A DNA stretch of 56,162 nt from Gammaproteobacteria bacterium (GCA_039936115.1 JBDTIZ010000066.1:1-56162); one strand, 5' to 3'. Positions 1-10,378 are shown, counted from the stretch's first letter. Made by a program: numbers and translations. The notes: a model not told the origin generated them from the letters alone.

Positions 1-2
1 TT

Positions 3-47
3 TTCTTCGATAGAGAGGGCGAACACACAGGTTCGCCCCTACAAAAG
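3..47. repeat. REP-like palindromic intergenic element, copy 1 (hairpin core GGGCGAAC-N6-GTTCGCCC)
   Basis: TTCTTCGATAGAGAGGGCGAACACACAGGTTCGCCCCTACAAAAG. It matches 3897-3941 at 43/45 positions. Inverted copies lie at 3844-3876 and, degenerate, at 1206-1241. Confidence 0.7.
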
Positions 48-249
48 CAAAAAAATCTGCAACAACGTCAGCTTTTCCGCGGAATCCAGTCAAATTGGCA
101 TCGATTTTCATTTGTAGAAATTATAAAAATAAAAAAAAATTAAGTCCCTGTTGTTAGCCGAAATTCCATCTCGCTTGTAATTTTAATTATGTTAACTGTT
201 AAAGTAACTCTGTCCTGAATAACCATAATCTATTTACACTGCATTCAAG

Positions 250-1089
250 CTATTTTCTGCGCTTATTATTTTTATGACTGTCCATATTGTCACTTGAATT
301 AAGGTCAATATCATTTTCCGTCTCGTTTTCGCTCTTGCAACAGCACCAAAAACCCGAAGATGATTTTTTTGCTTTTTGTGTGGTGTTTGAAGTCTTTTCT
401 GCTAGATCACGTTGGCTACCATAACGAGCACTTAGTTTCTCAGCTTCCGCAAATGCGTCTGGAGTTTTTTGTATTTCTTTTTGAACTGCAATTGCCAAGC
501 TAGCTTTTGTATCGGCCAGTTTTTGTTTTACCTCTTCAATGTTATTTTTCTTATTGTCGGGTGATCTTGCTTTAGGAGTGGAGTCTAGCAAAGGTTGTGT
601 AAGCGTTTTATCTTTTTTATTAAGTAAGGTGGCTTTTTTTACTTTCGCCGTAGTTGAAAAACTGGGCGGTTGGGGATTCGGTTCTACATCGTTTTCTTCT
701 ACAAATTGTTCTGCTCGACTAATCAATTGAGCTTGATCAGAAAGGAATTTTCTTGGGCCCGCCATATCTTGTTTTTTGCTTTCAAGGCCAATGAATATTC
801 CCGCATCAGCAACTAACTTTTGCCACTTAGAAATAGTCTTTGTAATATCTTTTAGTTTTAATTTTGGTTTTGGTTTTGCCTGTTCTTTATTATATTCCGA
901 CTGACACTTTGTAATTTCTTTTTCGTATCGATCCCATTTTTTATATGGCAATTTTTGACGTTGATTAATTTCTTCTGCGAATGCCTGGAAATTTAGACCC
1001 TGACTACCAAGTTCATCTGCTTTAACTTGAGTGTCTTCTAATCGCTTGACCTGATTTAATAATTGCTTCTTAACTTGTCTGAATTGCAT
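250..1089 (-). CDS. hypothetical Lys/Gln-rich protein, probably coiled-coil, with no recognisable domain
   Basis: Long 279-aa ORF between intergenic repeats. It has low-complexity charged composition, a CCC motif near the C-terminus and an acidic/Ser/Asn-rich tail. Confidence 0.55.
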   Translation of the reverse strand: MQFRQVKKQLLNQVKRLEDTQVKADELGSQGLNFQAFAEEINQRQKLPYKKWDRYEKEITKCQSEYNKEQAKPKPKLKLKDITKTISKWQKLVADAGIFIGLESKKQDMAGPRKFLSDQAQLISRAEQFVEENDVEPNPQPPSFSTTAKVKKATLLNKKDKTLTQPLLDSTPKARSPDNKKNNIEEVKQKLADTKASLAIAVQKEIQKTPDAFAEAEKLSARYGSQRDLAEKTSNTTQKAKKSSSGFWCCCKSENETENDIDLNSSDNMDSHKNNKRRK

Positions 1090-1205
1090 TTCTCATCTCC
1101 GTATAACCACTTTAGTCAGCTAAGATAGAGCATAAAACTTAAGATAGTATTAAGAGAAGAAATTCGGATAAATACTATTTTCAGGGTAAGCATGCGTGCC
1201 GTGTG

Positions 1206-1241
1206 TTTTTGTAGGAGCGAATCTTCGTGTTCGACCCATGC
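1206..1241. repeat. degenerate inverted copy of the REP-like element
   Basis: TTTTTGTAGGAGCGAATCTTCGTGTTCGACCCATGC resembles the reverse complement of the 3-47 element, with several mismatches. Confidence 0.45.
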
Positions 1242-1271
1242 AAAATCAACGATAGATTCTATAAGAAGCTA

Positions 1272-1493
1272 TTATTTTTCATCATCTTCATGAGTAGGCA
1301 AAACACTATTCAGATCCACCGATTCTCCTGGAATTCGATGATCTTCAGCCGCCCATGCGCCTAAATCGATTAATTTACAACGGGGAGAGCAGAAAGGTCG
1401 GGTGGGATTGTCTGTTGTCCACGTGTTCTTTTTGCCACAATGAGGACAACAAATATCTTCAGTTTTTGTTTGTTTGGTAGTGATTTTTTTCAT
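1272..1493 (-). CDS. yacG: DNA gyrase inhibitor YacG (zinc finger)
   Basis: CPHCGKK...[18 protein letters not shown] zinc-ribbon motif. I chose the start at MKKITT (ATG at 1493) because it overlaps the zapD stop as ATGA. The zapD-yacG order is conserved. Confidence 0.85.
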   Translation of the reverse strand: MKKITTKQTKTEDICCPHCGKKNTWTTDNPTRPFCSPRCKLIDLGAWAAEDHRIPGESVDLNSVLPTHEDDEK

Positions 1494-2266
1494 GATGTGC
1501 AATAAGAAAGCCAAAATGATAGGTTATGTTGATATTGCACTGGTCGATCAATGATATTCGGTTCAAAGAAGCGAATGCTTAAAAAATGTCTTCCAATGCT
1601 GATTTCAGGGTATGCCGTAATATTATCTGGGACAATGACCCGAATCATTCTAAGGTTATTCTGTGGATCGAGCAATTCCTGGTGAAACCCATTTGAAGCC
1701 TGTTTCTGATGGATTTTGCTCTCTTCGCGAACTAGCTTTAAAACCAATTCATTAGCCGAACGAATACTACTAAATTCATCCAGCCAAGCTCTAATGGTTG
1801 CAGTTCGCTCCGCAGCTGGTTGTTGCAGCCAATAATAATAAACCGGCGTATCAAAACTACATCCGCCACCTGGGGTCGCCAAATGCAATCTAAGGTTATT
1901 TAGCAATTCAATTTCGCGCAAATTCTGTGCAATTTTGCCATTGCTACTGATCAAATTTCTACTGAGTTCATCCAGTTGCTTCAAGAGCGCATTGAGCTTT
2001 GTTTTATCAATATCCGGCGTATTTTCGAGTCGCGCAAGTAACTGCATTTGATGAGCAAGTTCTTTGGCAAGTTTTGCTTTTAAATCAGGGCGATCTAGAA
2101 GTTGTAGGATATTAATAATAGCGGCAATAAGATTGCGAGTGCCGAAGGCCGAAACATCTGCGATTTGATGCTCAACTTGAAGGAATAATTGCTCCAATCG
2201 GAGGCATACCCGAATGAGCTCATTCAGTGGTTGTTCGTAAGTCGTTATGTTATCGATCATGACCAT
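1490..2266 (-). CDS. zapD: cell division protein ZapD
   Basis: The N-terminal [19 protein letters not shown] signature is typical of ZapD (DUF1342). It is syntenic with coaE and yacG. Confidence 0.85.
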   Translation of the reverse strand: MVMIDNITTYEQPLNELIRVCLRLEQLFLQVEHQIADVSAFGTRNLIAAIINILQLLDRPDLKAKLAKELAHQMQLLARLENTPDIDKTKLNALLKQLDELSRNLISSNGKIAQNLREIELLNNLRLHLATPGGGCSFDTPVYYYWLQQPAAERTATIRAWLDEFSSIRSANELVLKLVREESKIHQKQASNGFHQELLDPQNNLRMIRVIVPDNITAYPEISIGRHFLSIRFFEPNIIDRPVQYQHNLSFWLSYCTS

Positions 2267-2542
2267 TCGAAGAATAGGTTAAGTTGGTCGAATATTATCA
2301 TGATTTCAAAAGAATTGCCTACTTTTATCGTGTTTTAAGGGACGATAATCCGCAGAGACATCCACATTCAGCGAGGCTTTTATTATGTGTAGGTGCCAGC
2401 GCTGGATTAATATTTCCTTTAGATGAAGACTAAAATCTGTATAATTACAGTCCGCCAGAAGTTGAATTTTTTGCACAACAAGAAAACCGCTGTGTAAATT
2501 GCTCTCAGTCTAGCTATTATTTTTCTTACAGAGGATTTGTTG

Positions 2543-3838
2543 ATGCCAAAAATACAAATGTGGAAAAGATCGTCACGGTTTCGGTTCGATGGGGTGATGC
2601 AATATTCACCTACCAAAAGGAGTGTTTATCAATATGGTGTCGATCCTTATAGTTGCGAGCTTAGCTCTACAGATATTTGTTATGCGGTACCTGAATCAAA
2701 AGAATTGGCAGTATCCAAACACGAACACGATCCAATTGAACTTTTTTATCTAGATGCCCAATATAGCGATAGCTTTTTTATTCTTCGAGATATCACAACG
2801 GGTAACTGTTTCGTTTATAAAAACGCTGAGGATATGGCAGCTTTAGCGCAGAGCAAAGCAGATCACGGGATTACTGAAAAATCAATCGTTCAAATGTGCG
2901 TGGTTATGCATGAGTCTTCAGATGAACTGAAAGATGTTGAGCTTAAGTTATCGGCGCCCTGCGAGTTAGCATCCATGTCAGTTCTAGTAACTCATGTATT
3001 GGATAATGATATAAAGCGATTTTATGGAATCGAGTTTTATCCTGAGACAGAAAAAGTAGCTATTAATTATATACAGTATCGTGCTGAATTCTCTAATGTG
3101 TTTGAAAAAGATCGGATTATTTCTAAATTCACAATGGCAATTAAAGATCAAAGCGTATTTACAAAATCCTTAGAAGCTGCAATTAAAACGAATCAATTTA
3201 TTGAAAAAGAAACTTTTTCCGTCTTAAGAGATTATCCATCTACAACCACGCTTAGAGAATTAATTTTTTCTCCATCCGCGGCAGTTACTAAGGTTTGGAA
3301 AGAAAACACAAATTTAATACAACAAAATCTTAAATTATTAGTATGTTTACTGAGAAAATCACATTTCCCTCAAATTGATTGCTATTATGCAGACGCATTT
3401 TTAAATGTGCAGAGCAAATTAGGCTTGTTGTATTTGGCAGATAATAATATCCAAAAAGCAGCAGAACATTTTGCATGTGCTGGCACATACTATCATCAGC
3501 AACGGTCTTGTCAGACAGACTGGGGTCAAAGAACTTTCTGTAGTTTAGCTGGAGCAGCTTATGAAAAATTGGGTGACTATCGACAAGCATCCATTTTTTA
3601 TGGAAGGGCATTAAGTGTCTATGCTAATGAGGGAGATAAATTAAACTGTGAAAGAATTGCTACGTTACTCAAAAACGAAGAAGTAGCAAAAAAATCAGCA
3701 GAGGTGAGAGACCAGCCTAAGTCTCGACCTTTGTTGCAGGGAATTATTGCTACTCCAAAGCAAACCTCAGCAACTAGTCTTGAGTCCGTGCAGGTTAAAA
3801 CTGAAGAAGAAAATAGAGGATTGGTACACAGCTTCTAG
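2543..3838 (+). CDS. hypothetical protein with a TPR-like C-terminal region
   Basis: Long ORF. ATG at 2543 lies 7 nt after GAGGA. Helical repeat-like segments are present (AAEHFACAGTYY..., AGAAYEKLGDYRQASIFYGRALSVY). The C-terminal tail is KTEEENRGLVHSF. Confidence 0.6.
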   Translation: MPKIQMWKRSSRFRFDGVMQYSPTKRSVYQYGVDPYSCELSSTDICYAVPESKELAVSKHEHDPIELFYLDAQYSDSFFILRDITTGNCFVYKNAEDMAALAQSKADHGITEKSIVQMCVVMHESSDELKDVELKLSAPCELASMSVLVTHVLDNDIKRFYGIEFYPETEKVAINYIQYRAEFSNVFEKDRIISKFTMAIKDQSVFTKSLEAAIKTNQFIEKETFSVLRDYPSTTTLRELIFSPSAAVTKVWKENTNLIQQNLKLLVCLLRKSHFPQIDCYYADAFLNVQSKLGLLYLADNNIQKAAEHFACAGTYYHQQRSCQTDWGQRTFCSLAGAAYEKLGDYRQASIFYGRALSVYANEGDKLNCERIATLLKNEEVAKKSAEVRDQPKSRPLLQGIIATPKQTSATSLESVQVKTEEENRGLVHSF

Positions 3839-3843
3839 GAGCT

Positions 3844-3941
3844 CTGTAGGGGCGAATCTATGTGTTCGCCCTGCGGCCTCATAATGCAAATGTTATTTCT
3901 TCGATTGAGAGGGCGAACACATAGGTTCGCCCCTACAAAAG
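3844..3941. repeat. pair of REP-like elements in inverted orientation (composite hairpin / MITE-like)
   Basis: The reverse complement of 3846-3873 (TGTAGGGGCGAATCTATGTGTTCGCCCT) nearly matches 3910-3937 (AGGGCGAACACATAGGTTCGCCCCTACA). The pair sits between convergent genes. Confidence 0.7.
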
Positions 3942-3967
3942 TCTAACTAATGAATTATTTATAACGT

Positions 3968-4561
3968 TTAACCTGTAATCGACAAATAAAACTCATGCAA
4001 TTTTTTCACTTGCAGAATAAGCTCATCAAGCCCGCCATCATTACGAATCACATCATCCGCCAAACCTAATCGCTTTTCCCTATCCACCTGAGTTTTCAAA
4101 ATAGCTGCCACTTCAGCATCAGAAGAACCATCGCGTTGCAAAGTACGCGTTAATTGTGATTCCTCACTTGCATCAACCACAAGCACTCGTTGAATTAGCG
4201 GATTTCGATCGGTTTCAAATAAAAGCGGAATCACAACAATGCAATAAGGCGATTCTGATTCTTCAGCTTGCCGTTTCATTTCAATTCGAATAAGTGGATG
4301 CAAAAGTTGTTCTAACCATAATCGATTTGTTTCATCCGCAAAAATAATTTTTCGCAATCGTGCTCGATCAAGCGCGCCATTTGCCAATAAAATCTCACGC
4401 CCAAATTTATCACTAATTTGTTTTAATGCAGGACTATCAGGCAGCGTCAAATCACGTGACAGTTTATCGGTATCAATGATAGTCACGCCTTTTTGAGCAA
4501 ATAAATTAGCGACGGTGGTTTTACCACTTCCTATCCCACCAGTTAGACCGATAACCAACAT
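3968..4561 (-). CDS. coaE: dephospho-CoA kinase
   Basis: LVIGLTGGIGSGKTTVANLF P-loop at the N-terminus. The ~197-aa size and the position next to pilD are typical. Confidence 0.9.
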   Translation of the reverse strand: MLVIGLTGGIGSGKTTVANLFAQKGVTIIDTDKLSRDLTLPDSPALKQISDKFGREILLANGALDRARLRKIIFADETNRLWLEQLLHPLIRIEMKRQAEESESPYCIVVIPLLFETDRNPLIQRVLVVDASEESQLTRTLQRDGSSDAEVAAILKTQVDREKRLGLADDVIRNDGGLDELILQVKKLHEFYLSITG

Positions 4562-4579
4562 GCCTTATACCTAGATTAT

Positions 4580-5452
4580 TTACGCCAACACTTTATGAAT
4601 ATAAATACTCACAATTTCAGGACCCCACATCAAACTAATCCAGCCAGCAAATGCCAGATAGGGACCAAATGGGATCGGTACACTTTTAAATTGATGTTTG
4701 ATCGCCATTTGAGTTATCCCAAAAATCAAACCAATGACTGAGGCTAATAAAATAATGACAGGTAATTGTTGCCAGCCGAGAAAAGCGCCCATCCCAGCCA
4801 GGAATTTATAATCACCTTCACCCATGCCTATTTTTCCCGTCGCCATTTTAAACAGCCACTGCACAGCGGCAAAAATAAGATAGCCGGCAATTGCGCCAAT
4901 GATGGCATCGTGACTATTGGTAAATACATTGAACATACTCAAAAATAAACCAGCCCAGACTAACAATAAAGTGAGTTGATCGGGCAACAAATGATGATCA
5001 AGATCAATAAAAATCAAACTAATCGCAATCCAAGTAAAAATAAGACCGCCAAATGTCTGCCAAGTAAAGCCAAAGCGCCAGGCAACATAAACTGATGCGA
5101 TACAGCAGAGGAATTCAACGAAAGGGTAACGCATAGAAATTTTTGCACCGCAAAATGCACATTTGCCCCATAAGACCAAATAACTAATGACGGGAATGTT
5201 ATGCCATAATTTGAGGGGCTTTTTGCATTGGGTACAATGGGAGAGTGGCAGATATAAATTTATTTTTTCAATATCAGAGGGAAGTGCTTTTAATCCGAGG
5301 TATTCACGGCATTCCTGGCCCCACTCGTTTTTCATCATTTGCGGTAAACGGTAAATCACAACATTTAAGAAACTGCCGATAATTAACGCAAGTGCAGCAA
5401 TCAAAATCAAAAAGAAATCAGGATGTTCTATTATAAAGTTAATTGTATCCAT
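4580..5452 (-). CDS. pilD: prepilin leader peptidase / N-methyltransferase
   Basis: Polytopic membrane protein with the CxxC...CxxC cluster (CTQCKK...CAFCGAK) and GMGEGDYKFLA aspartyl peptidase motif of the A24 family. Confidence 0.9.
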   Translation of the reverse strand: MDTINFIIEHPDFFLILIAALALIIGSFLNVVIYRLPQMMKNEWGQECREYLGLKALPSDIEKINLYLPLSHCTQCKKPLKLWHNIPVISYLVLWGKCAFCGAKISMRYPFVEFLCCIASVYVAWRFGFTWQTFGGLIFTWIAISLIFIDLDHHLLPDQLTLLLVWAGLFLSMFNVFTNSHDAIIGAIAGYLIFAAVQWLFKMATGKIGMGEGDYKFLAGMGAFLGWQQLPVIILLASVIGLIFGITQMAIKHQFKSVPIPFGPYLAFAGWISLMWGPEIVSIYIHKVLA

Positions 5453-6666
5453 TAGATTACAGCCCCTAGTTTGAATATGGGTAAATACATAGCAATAACA
5501 AGCCCTCCGATTACAACACCAAGAATAATCATAATCAAGGGTTCGAGCAGCCGACTTAAATTAGCAATTAAATGATCTAGGTCTGACTCATAAAAGTCAG
5601 CGATTTTAGCTAACATTTTTTCGAGTGTTCCAGATTCTTCACCTATTTGAATCATTTGCAACATCATTGGAGGGAATAGTTTACAGGTTTGCATCGCAAA
5701 ATGCAGTTGCTTACCAATAGAAATATCCAAACAAAGTGCTTGAATCGCATTGGCATAGACTGTGTTGCCTGTTGTATGAGTTAAAATTTTAAGCGCTTCA
5801 GTAATAGGAATGCCAGCGGCAAAAATGGTCGCGAGACTACGAGCAAAGCGTGCGAGAATAAACTTTTGCAGCGGAATGCCTAAGCCCGGGAGGCGAAGTA
5901 ATAGCAAATCAAGAGCCAGTCTGATACGTGGAATATGTCTAGTGTAATAAAGTAATCCACTTATACCTAAAGTAATCACTATCATAAGCAAACAATAACG
6001 GCGGCAGAAATTGGCTAACCTAATGACACCTGTTGTAAACAAAGGAAGCTGACTATGCATGCTGTGAAAGAGTTCAGCAAAACGCGGTACAACAAAAGTT
6101 AACATGATGACAGTTACACTCATTGCAACAATAAAAATGATGGCTGGATACAACATAGCTTGTTTGATTTTATTCTTAAGTACAGATGAATTTTCTTTAT
6201 AAGTCGCTACACGATCTAACATGATATTTAGAGTTCCTGTTTTCTCACCTGCGTGAATTAGATGATGGGTGATTTCATCAAAATGGCGTGGAAATTTCTG
6301 CAAACTATGTGCTAATCCGTTACCAGCCGCGATATCGTCTTTTATGATAGAAATAATAGGCAGTAATTTTGTCTGATCCGAGTTTTGACTTAAGATGTGA
6401 ATAGCTTGTGTGACGGGAATATTTGCGATAATCAATGTTGAAAGTTGGCGCAAAAACAAAATAATATCTATCGCAGTTATCTGCGTGTTGAATTTGAAAC
6501 TCAGTTTGCGCTTTTTACGAATCGAAATAATTTGTACACCTTTTTTGGCTAAAGCACTTTTTGCCAAATTTAAACTCTGCGCAAGAATTTCGCCGGACAT
6601 ACGTTGTCCCTGATTGATAACTCCAATCCACTGATAGGTCGTATTTTCAAAATGGGATATATTCAT
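5452..6666 (-). CDS. pilC: type IV pilus assembly platform protein PilC (GspF family)
   Basis: 404 aa with duplicated GspF-like modules (GESGTLEKML, AGEKTGTLNIML). It lies between pilB and pilD. Confidence 0.9.
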   Translation of the reverse strand: MNISHFENTTYQWIGVINQGQRMSGEILAQSLNLAKSALAKKGVQIISIRKKRKLSFKFNTQITAIDIILFLRQLSTLIIANIPVTQAIHILSQNSDQTKLLPIISIIKDDIAAGNGLAHSLQKFPRHFDEITHHLIHAGEKTGTLNIMLDRVATYKENSSVLKNKIKQAMLYPAIIFIVAMSVTVIMLTFVVPRFAELFHSMHSQLPLFTTGVIRLANFCRRYCLLMIVITLGISGLLYYTRHIPRIRLALDLLLLRLPGLGIPLQKFILARFARSLATIFAAGIPITEALKILTHTTGNTVYANAIQALCLDISIGKQLHFAMQTCKLFPPMMLQMIQIGEESGTLEKMLAKIADFYESDLDHLIANLSRLLEPLIMIILGVVIGGLVIAMYLPIFKLGAVI

Positions 6667-8339
6667 GATAGTAGTACACGATTAATTTCGGAAAGACTGG
6701 TGATTCCTTGCAAGACTTGTTTAATTCCAGCCTCTTTAAGAGGAATAAAACCGTCTAATTTTGCTTGGTGAATGAGCGCTTGTATATCGGCACCCAATGT
6801 AATTAATTTGGCTAATTGTTCAGTGATCCTCACAAATTCATAAATTGCCAGCCTATCGGTATAACCTTGAGAGCATTTGGAACAACCTATTGCACGATAG
6901 ATTTTTTGCGGTAACTTATATTGCTCTAGATTAAGTTCAGCGATCAGTTGATCCGAGATATTTTCAGGTTGTTTGCAATGTGGACATAATTTTCTAATTA
7001 AGCGCTGTGCAATAATCAATGAAATGGAGCCAGCAATATTATAAGAAAGTACGCCCATAGCTTGTAAACGCGTGACGGATTCAATTGCACAATTGGTATG
7101 TAATGTTGATAACACTAAATGACCTGTTTGCGCTGCTTGAATTGCAATATTTGCGGTTTCTGTATCTCGAATTTCACCAAGCATAATAATATCAGGATCT
7201 TGGCGTAAAAAAGTTCTGAGCACTGTTGAAAAAGTCAAACCAATTTTTGCATTCACGTTAACTTGATTGATACCGCTCAAACGAATTTCAATAGGATCTT
7301 CCACGGTTGAAATATTTTTTTCTGTTTGATTTAAAAAATTAAGTGCTGAATAAAGTGTGACAGTTTTGCCACTACCGGTCGGTCCGGTTACTAGTATCAT
7401 ACCTTGTGGCTGAGAAATTGATTTTAAAAATAATCGTTTTTGCGCACTCGACAAATCAAGATCATTAATGTTAAGTGAAATATTTCCCGTGTTTAGTAGT
7501 CGTAATACAATTTTTTCACCGAATAGAGTAGGGCAGGTATTGATTCGAATATCTATCAAATTAAGTTGAAAGCGACCATCCTGCGGCAAACGTCTTTCTG
7601 AAATATCCAATCGTGCAATGACTTTTAAACGTGTTGCAACGCGTGCTGCCAACGGAATGGGAATTTCATGGATAGGGTAGAGCACCCCATGTTGTCGATA
7701 ACGAATCCGACAAATTGTTTCATAAGGTTCGATATGAATGTCTGATGCAGACTGTTGAAATGCATGTAAAATAATATTATCCACGAATTGTATTAACGGT
7801 TCATCGTATTGAATATTTCTTTCGTGTGTTGCTTGCAATGGATCATCGAGCGTAATTTGTTTCAACAAATTCATTTGTAAATTTTTATTAACATCTTGTT
7901 TGCTACAATAGGATTCAATAAATGCTGCCAATTGATCTTCTGCCACCAAAACAGGCGTTACTCTGAATCCAGTCTGAAAAGCGAGTGTATCAAGCGCTTG
8001 CTGATCCGTCGGATCTGCCAAACCCACTTGTAAAATATTATTTATTTTTTTCAGCGGTATCACCCGATATTGACGAATAAACTCTGGGCTAAGTGCTGAT
8101 GCTGCAAGCCAAGCAGGATCATAACGTTGTAAATCAAAACTAGTTAGGCTAAAAATATTTTCGCAACACTGCAAGATGTCTGTGCTGGATAGAATTTTAT
8201 TTTTGACTAAATAGCTAATAATAGAAATCTCTTGCGTTTTAGCGCATTCAATTGCGTGCAGAGCCATTTTCTGTTCAAGCAAACCATAATTCACTAAATG
8301 ATTTGCTAAACTTAGATAAGTAATTTCGCGATTTAGCAT
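6663..8339 (-). CDS. pilB: type IV pilus assembly ATPase PilB (GspE family)
   Basis: Walker A VTGPTGSGKT, the GEIRD Asp box, a tetracysteine cluster (CPHC...CSKC) and an N-terminal GSPII_E_N-like region. Confidence 0.92.
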   Translation of the reverse strand: MLNREITYLSLANHLVNYGLLEQKMALHAIECAKTQEISIISYLVKNKILSSTDILQCCENIFSLTSFDLQRYDPAWLAASALSPEFIRQYRVIPLKKINNILQVGLADPTDQQALDTLAFQTGFRVTPVLVAEDQLAAFIESYCSKQDVNKNLQMNLLKQITLDDPLQATHERNIQYDEPLIQFVDNIILHAFQQSASDIHIEPYETICRIRYRQHGVLYPIHEIPIPLAARVATRLKVIARLDISERRLPQDGRFQLNLIDIRINTCPTLFGEKIVLRLLNTGNISLNINDLDLSSAQKRLFLKSISQPQGMILVTGPTGSGKTVTLYSALNFLNQTEKNISTVEDPIEIRLSGINQVNVNAKIGLTFSTVLRTFLRQDPDIIMLGEIRDTETANIAIQAAQTGHLVLSTLHTNCAIESVTRLQAMGVLSYNIAGSISLIIAQRLIRKLCPHCKQPENISDQLIAELNLEQYKLPQKIYRAIGCSKCSQGYTDRLAIYEFVRITEQLAKLITLGADIQALIHQAKLDGFIPLKEAGIKQVLQGITSLSEINRVLLS

Positions 8340-8342
8340 AAA

Positions 8343-8744
8343 TTAAGATTCACATAATCCATTCGTAAAACAAGTTCCTTCGACGGCCCAAATACTGCCA
8401 TCAGAATTGGGCTTCAATATGTAAGTACTACCACTCGCTGTTGCTGTTGCAGATGAAGTAATGACACCATTTTTCACTTTGACTGCCGCTAAATTTTTTG
8501 TAGCAGCTGGTTGCGTTGGAATGCCATGCACACCGTTGGTTAATTCATTTAACGGAGTGCCTTGTTGAAGAGCGAGAGAGACAGCGGTTTTAAATGGAGC
8601 GGTTGCAGAAATCACTTCAACGAATCGTGCTCGCTGTGTGTAATTCTGATAAGAGGGCATCGCGATGACAGCTAAAATCCCAATGATTGCGACAACAATC
8701 ATTAATTCAATTAATGAAAATCCCAGTTGAGAATTTGATCTCAT
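8343..8744 (-). CDS. pilA: type IVa pilin
   Basis: Class III signal [25 protein letters not shown] with a hydrophobic N-terminal helix. A C-terminal Cys pair (CFTNGLC) forms the disulfide loop. Confidence 0.9.
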   Translation of the reverse strand: MRSNSQLGFSLIELMIVVAIIGILAVIAMPSYQNYTQRARFVEVISATAPFKTAVSLALQQGTPLNELTNGVHGIPTQPAATKNLAAVKVKNGVITSSATATASGSTYILKPNSDGSIWAVEGTCFTNGLCES

Positions 8745-8980
8745 TGTGGCTCCAGAAAAAATTTAAAAAAAGTTTTTTGAATCAGTATGTGATGTATTGA
8801 GGTGTGAAAAAGAATGATAAAAAAACTGAGAGATAATTGATTAGCGCTAGAAGTCGAATTTATATCTGATTTTTTATAACAGTGCAACAGAAGTTAAAAA
8901 ATTTTTTAGTTTGTATTTCCAAACAGACGCGAGTATAAATTTGCCGTTAGTCATTTTAATTAGACCGGGGATATTGAAAC

Positions 8981-9199
8981 ATGAATTTAAAAAAAGTACT
9001 TCTAGCAACCTTAATCGGCACAATCTCAGTCTCGGCATATGCAGCCGGAGGTTTCTTTGCCAAAAATACCACGAACCACACTGTCACTATCAGAGTAGGT
9101 AATATTATCCCTGAAACAATTGTAATCAGTCCTCATTCAAGCCGATATGTCACCGTATCAACCAATAACCAGAACATCGAAATAAGCAATATTTCATAA
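8981..9199 (+). CDS. small secreted hypothetical protein
   Basis: 72 aa with a clear Sec signal peptide (MNLKKVLLATLIGTISVSAYA/AG). There is a purine-rich stretch upstream and no family call. Confidence 0.45.
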   Translation: MNLKKVLLATLIGTISVSAYAAGGFFAKNTTNHTVTIRVGNIIPETIVISPHSSRYVTVSTNNQNIEISNIS

Positions 9200-9310
9200 A
9201 AATCAGAACGTAATCTCAGCTGGACAGCAACCTTTTTGCTCCCAGCTATTGCGTTCCCCCGAGCTTTATCCTAAGATTCACCCCTCAATAATATAGCAAT
9301 TGATCAAAAA

Positions 9311-9383
<73 letters not shown>

Positions 9384-9639
9384 GTAATAGAATCAATAAG
9401 TTATAGTAGAAAATTCCTACCAAATTGCTCTTCTGAATAAATCTGAAGTGCAAATGAAGTGCAAAATAAATGAATCCTGACATACAAAAATGAAGTGGCT
9501 TGAGAATCGAATATTGCTGGTCGTACCTCGTTGATAAATCTTCCTCAATCTTTAACAGCAATATCATTGGATGTGCCGTGTATGGTGGGCGAACTACTTG
9601 GTTTATTCTTGATTCATTTCTATAAAAAACAGGAGCGTA

Positions 9640-10311
9640 GTGATGAAAAACATTAAAAGCATTAAAAGTATTCTCTGCTATGGCGATTCTCTCACTTGGG
9701 GTTATGATCCTGAAACTATAAATCGATATCCTTTCGAGCAGCGGTGGACTGGGTTTTTACAGCATCAATTAGGTCTAAATTATCGAATAATTGAAGAAGG
9801 ATTAAATGGTAGAAGTACAGCTTTTGATGATCCCTTTGTGGCAGACAGAAATGGCAGTAATACGTTGCCTCTTTTATTGGAATCTCATGCGCCATTAGAT
9901 TTAATTATCTTGTTATTAGGAACAAATGATCTCAAAGAATACATAAAAGGAAGTGCAAAATTAGCTGCTATTGGGTGTAGTAAGCTGGTTCGTTTAATTA
10001 TGGCTAGTCAAACAAATCTAGCAGCGAAATCTCCCAATATTTTGTTGCTTTCACCGCCTATCATTACAAAGCCACTCAATTTTATGGCCACTATTTTTGA
10101 CGGTGCTGAAAAAGAGTCAAAAAAATTCGCTGAACATTATCGTAATATTGCTGATTTCTTTAAAATTAATTTTTTAGATACCAGTCAATTTATACAGCCT
10201 TCGCGAACAGATGGAGTTCATTTGGATGTTAATAATAATAAATTACTTGCTGAAAAAGTTGCAATTGAGGTAGAGAAAATTTTTTCAAAAGCTAATGCAC
10301 CTAAACTATAA
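9640..10311 (+). CDS. SGNH/GDSL-family hydrolase (arylesterase/lipase-like)
   Basis: Block I CYGDSLTWG, block II LNGRST, block III LLGTNDL, block V DGVHL. The start is either GTG 9640 or ATG 9643, after AGGAG. Confidence 0.8.
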   Translation: MMKNIKSIKSILCYGDSLTWGYDPETINRYPFEQRWTGFLQHQLGLNYRIIEEGLNGRSTAFDDPFVADRNGSNTLPLLLESHAPLDLIILLLGTNDLKEYIKGSAKLAAIGCSKLVRLIMASQTNLAAKSPNILLLSPPIITKPLNFMATIFDGAEKESKKFAEHYRNIADFFKINFLDTSQFIQPSRTDGVHLDVNNNKLLAEKVAIEVEKIFSKANAPKL

Positions 10312-10340
10312 AATCTGAGTATCTGACGACTAGCATTAAT

Positions 10341-10368
10341 AAAACCGTGCTATGCACGGCTTTATTTT
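10341..10368. terminator. bidirectional Rho-independent terminator
   Basis: AAAA-CCGTGC-TAT-GCACGG-CTTTATTTT, flanked by an A-run and a T-run. It sits between the convergent SGNH hydrolase and alpA genes. Confidence 0.65.
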
Positions 10369-10378
10369 ATGGGCTAGC

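Noticed and set aside
8745-8900. A sigma54 (TGGCAC-N5-TTGCA) promoter upstream of the pilin gene.
   Set aside because: I found no match to the -24/-12 consensus on the minus strand in this interval.
8911-9102. 63-aa plus-strand ORF overlapping the 8981-9199 ORF.
   Set aside because: It has no signal or motif and is out of frame with the better candidate that carries a clear Sec signal peptide.
9444-9465. Tandem 11-bp repeat TGAAGTGCAAA x2 (plus a partial ATGAAGTGG at ~9490) just downstream of the tRNA, as possible arm-type recombinase sites.
   Set aside because: It is only two short copies in AT-rich DNA with no recombinase gene nearby. That is too little evidence to call.
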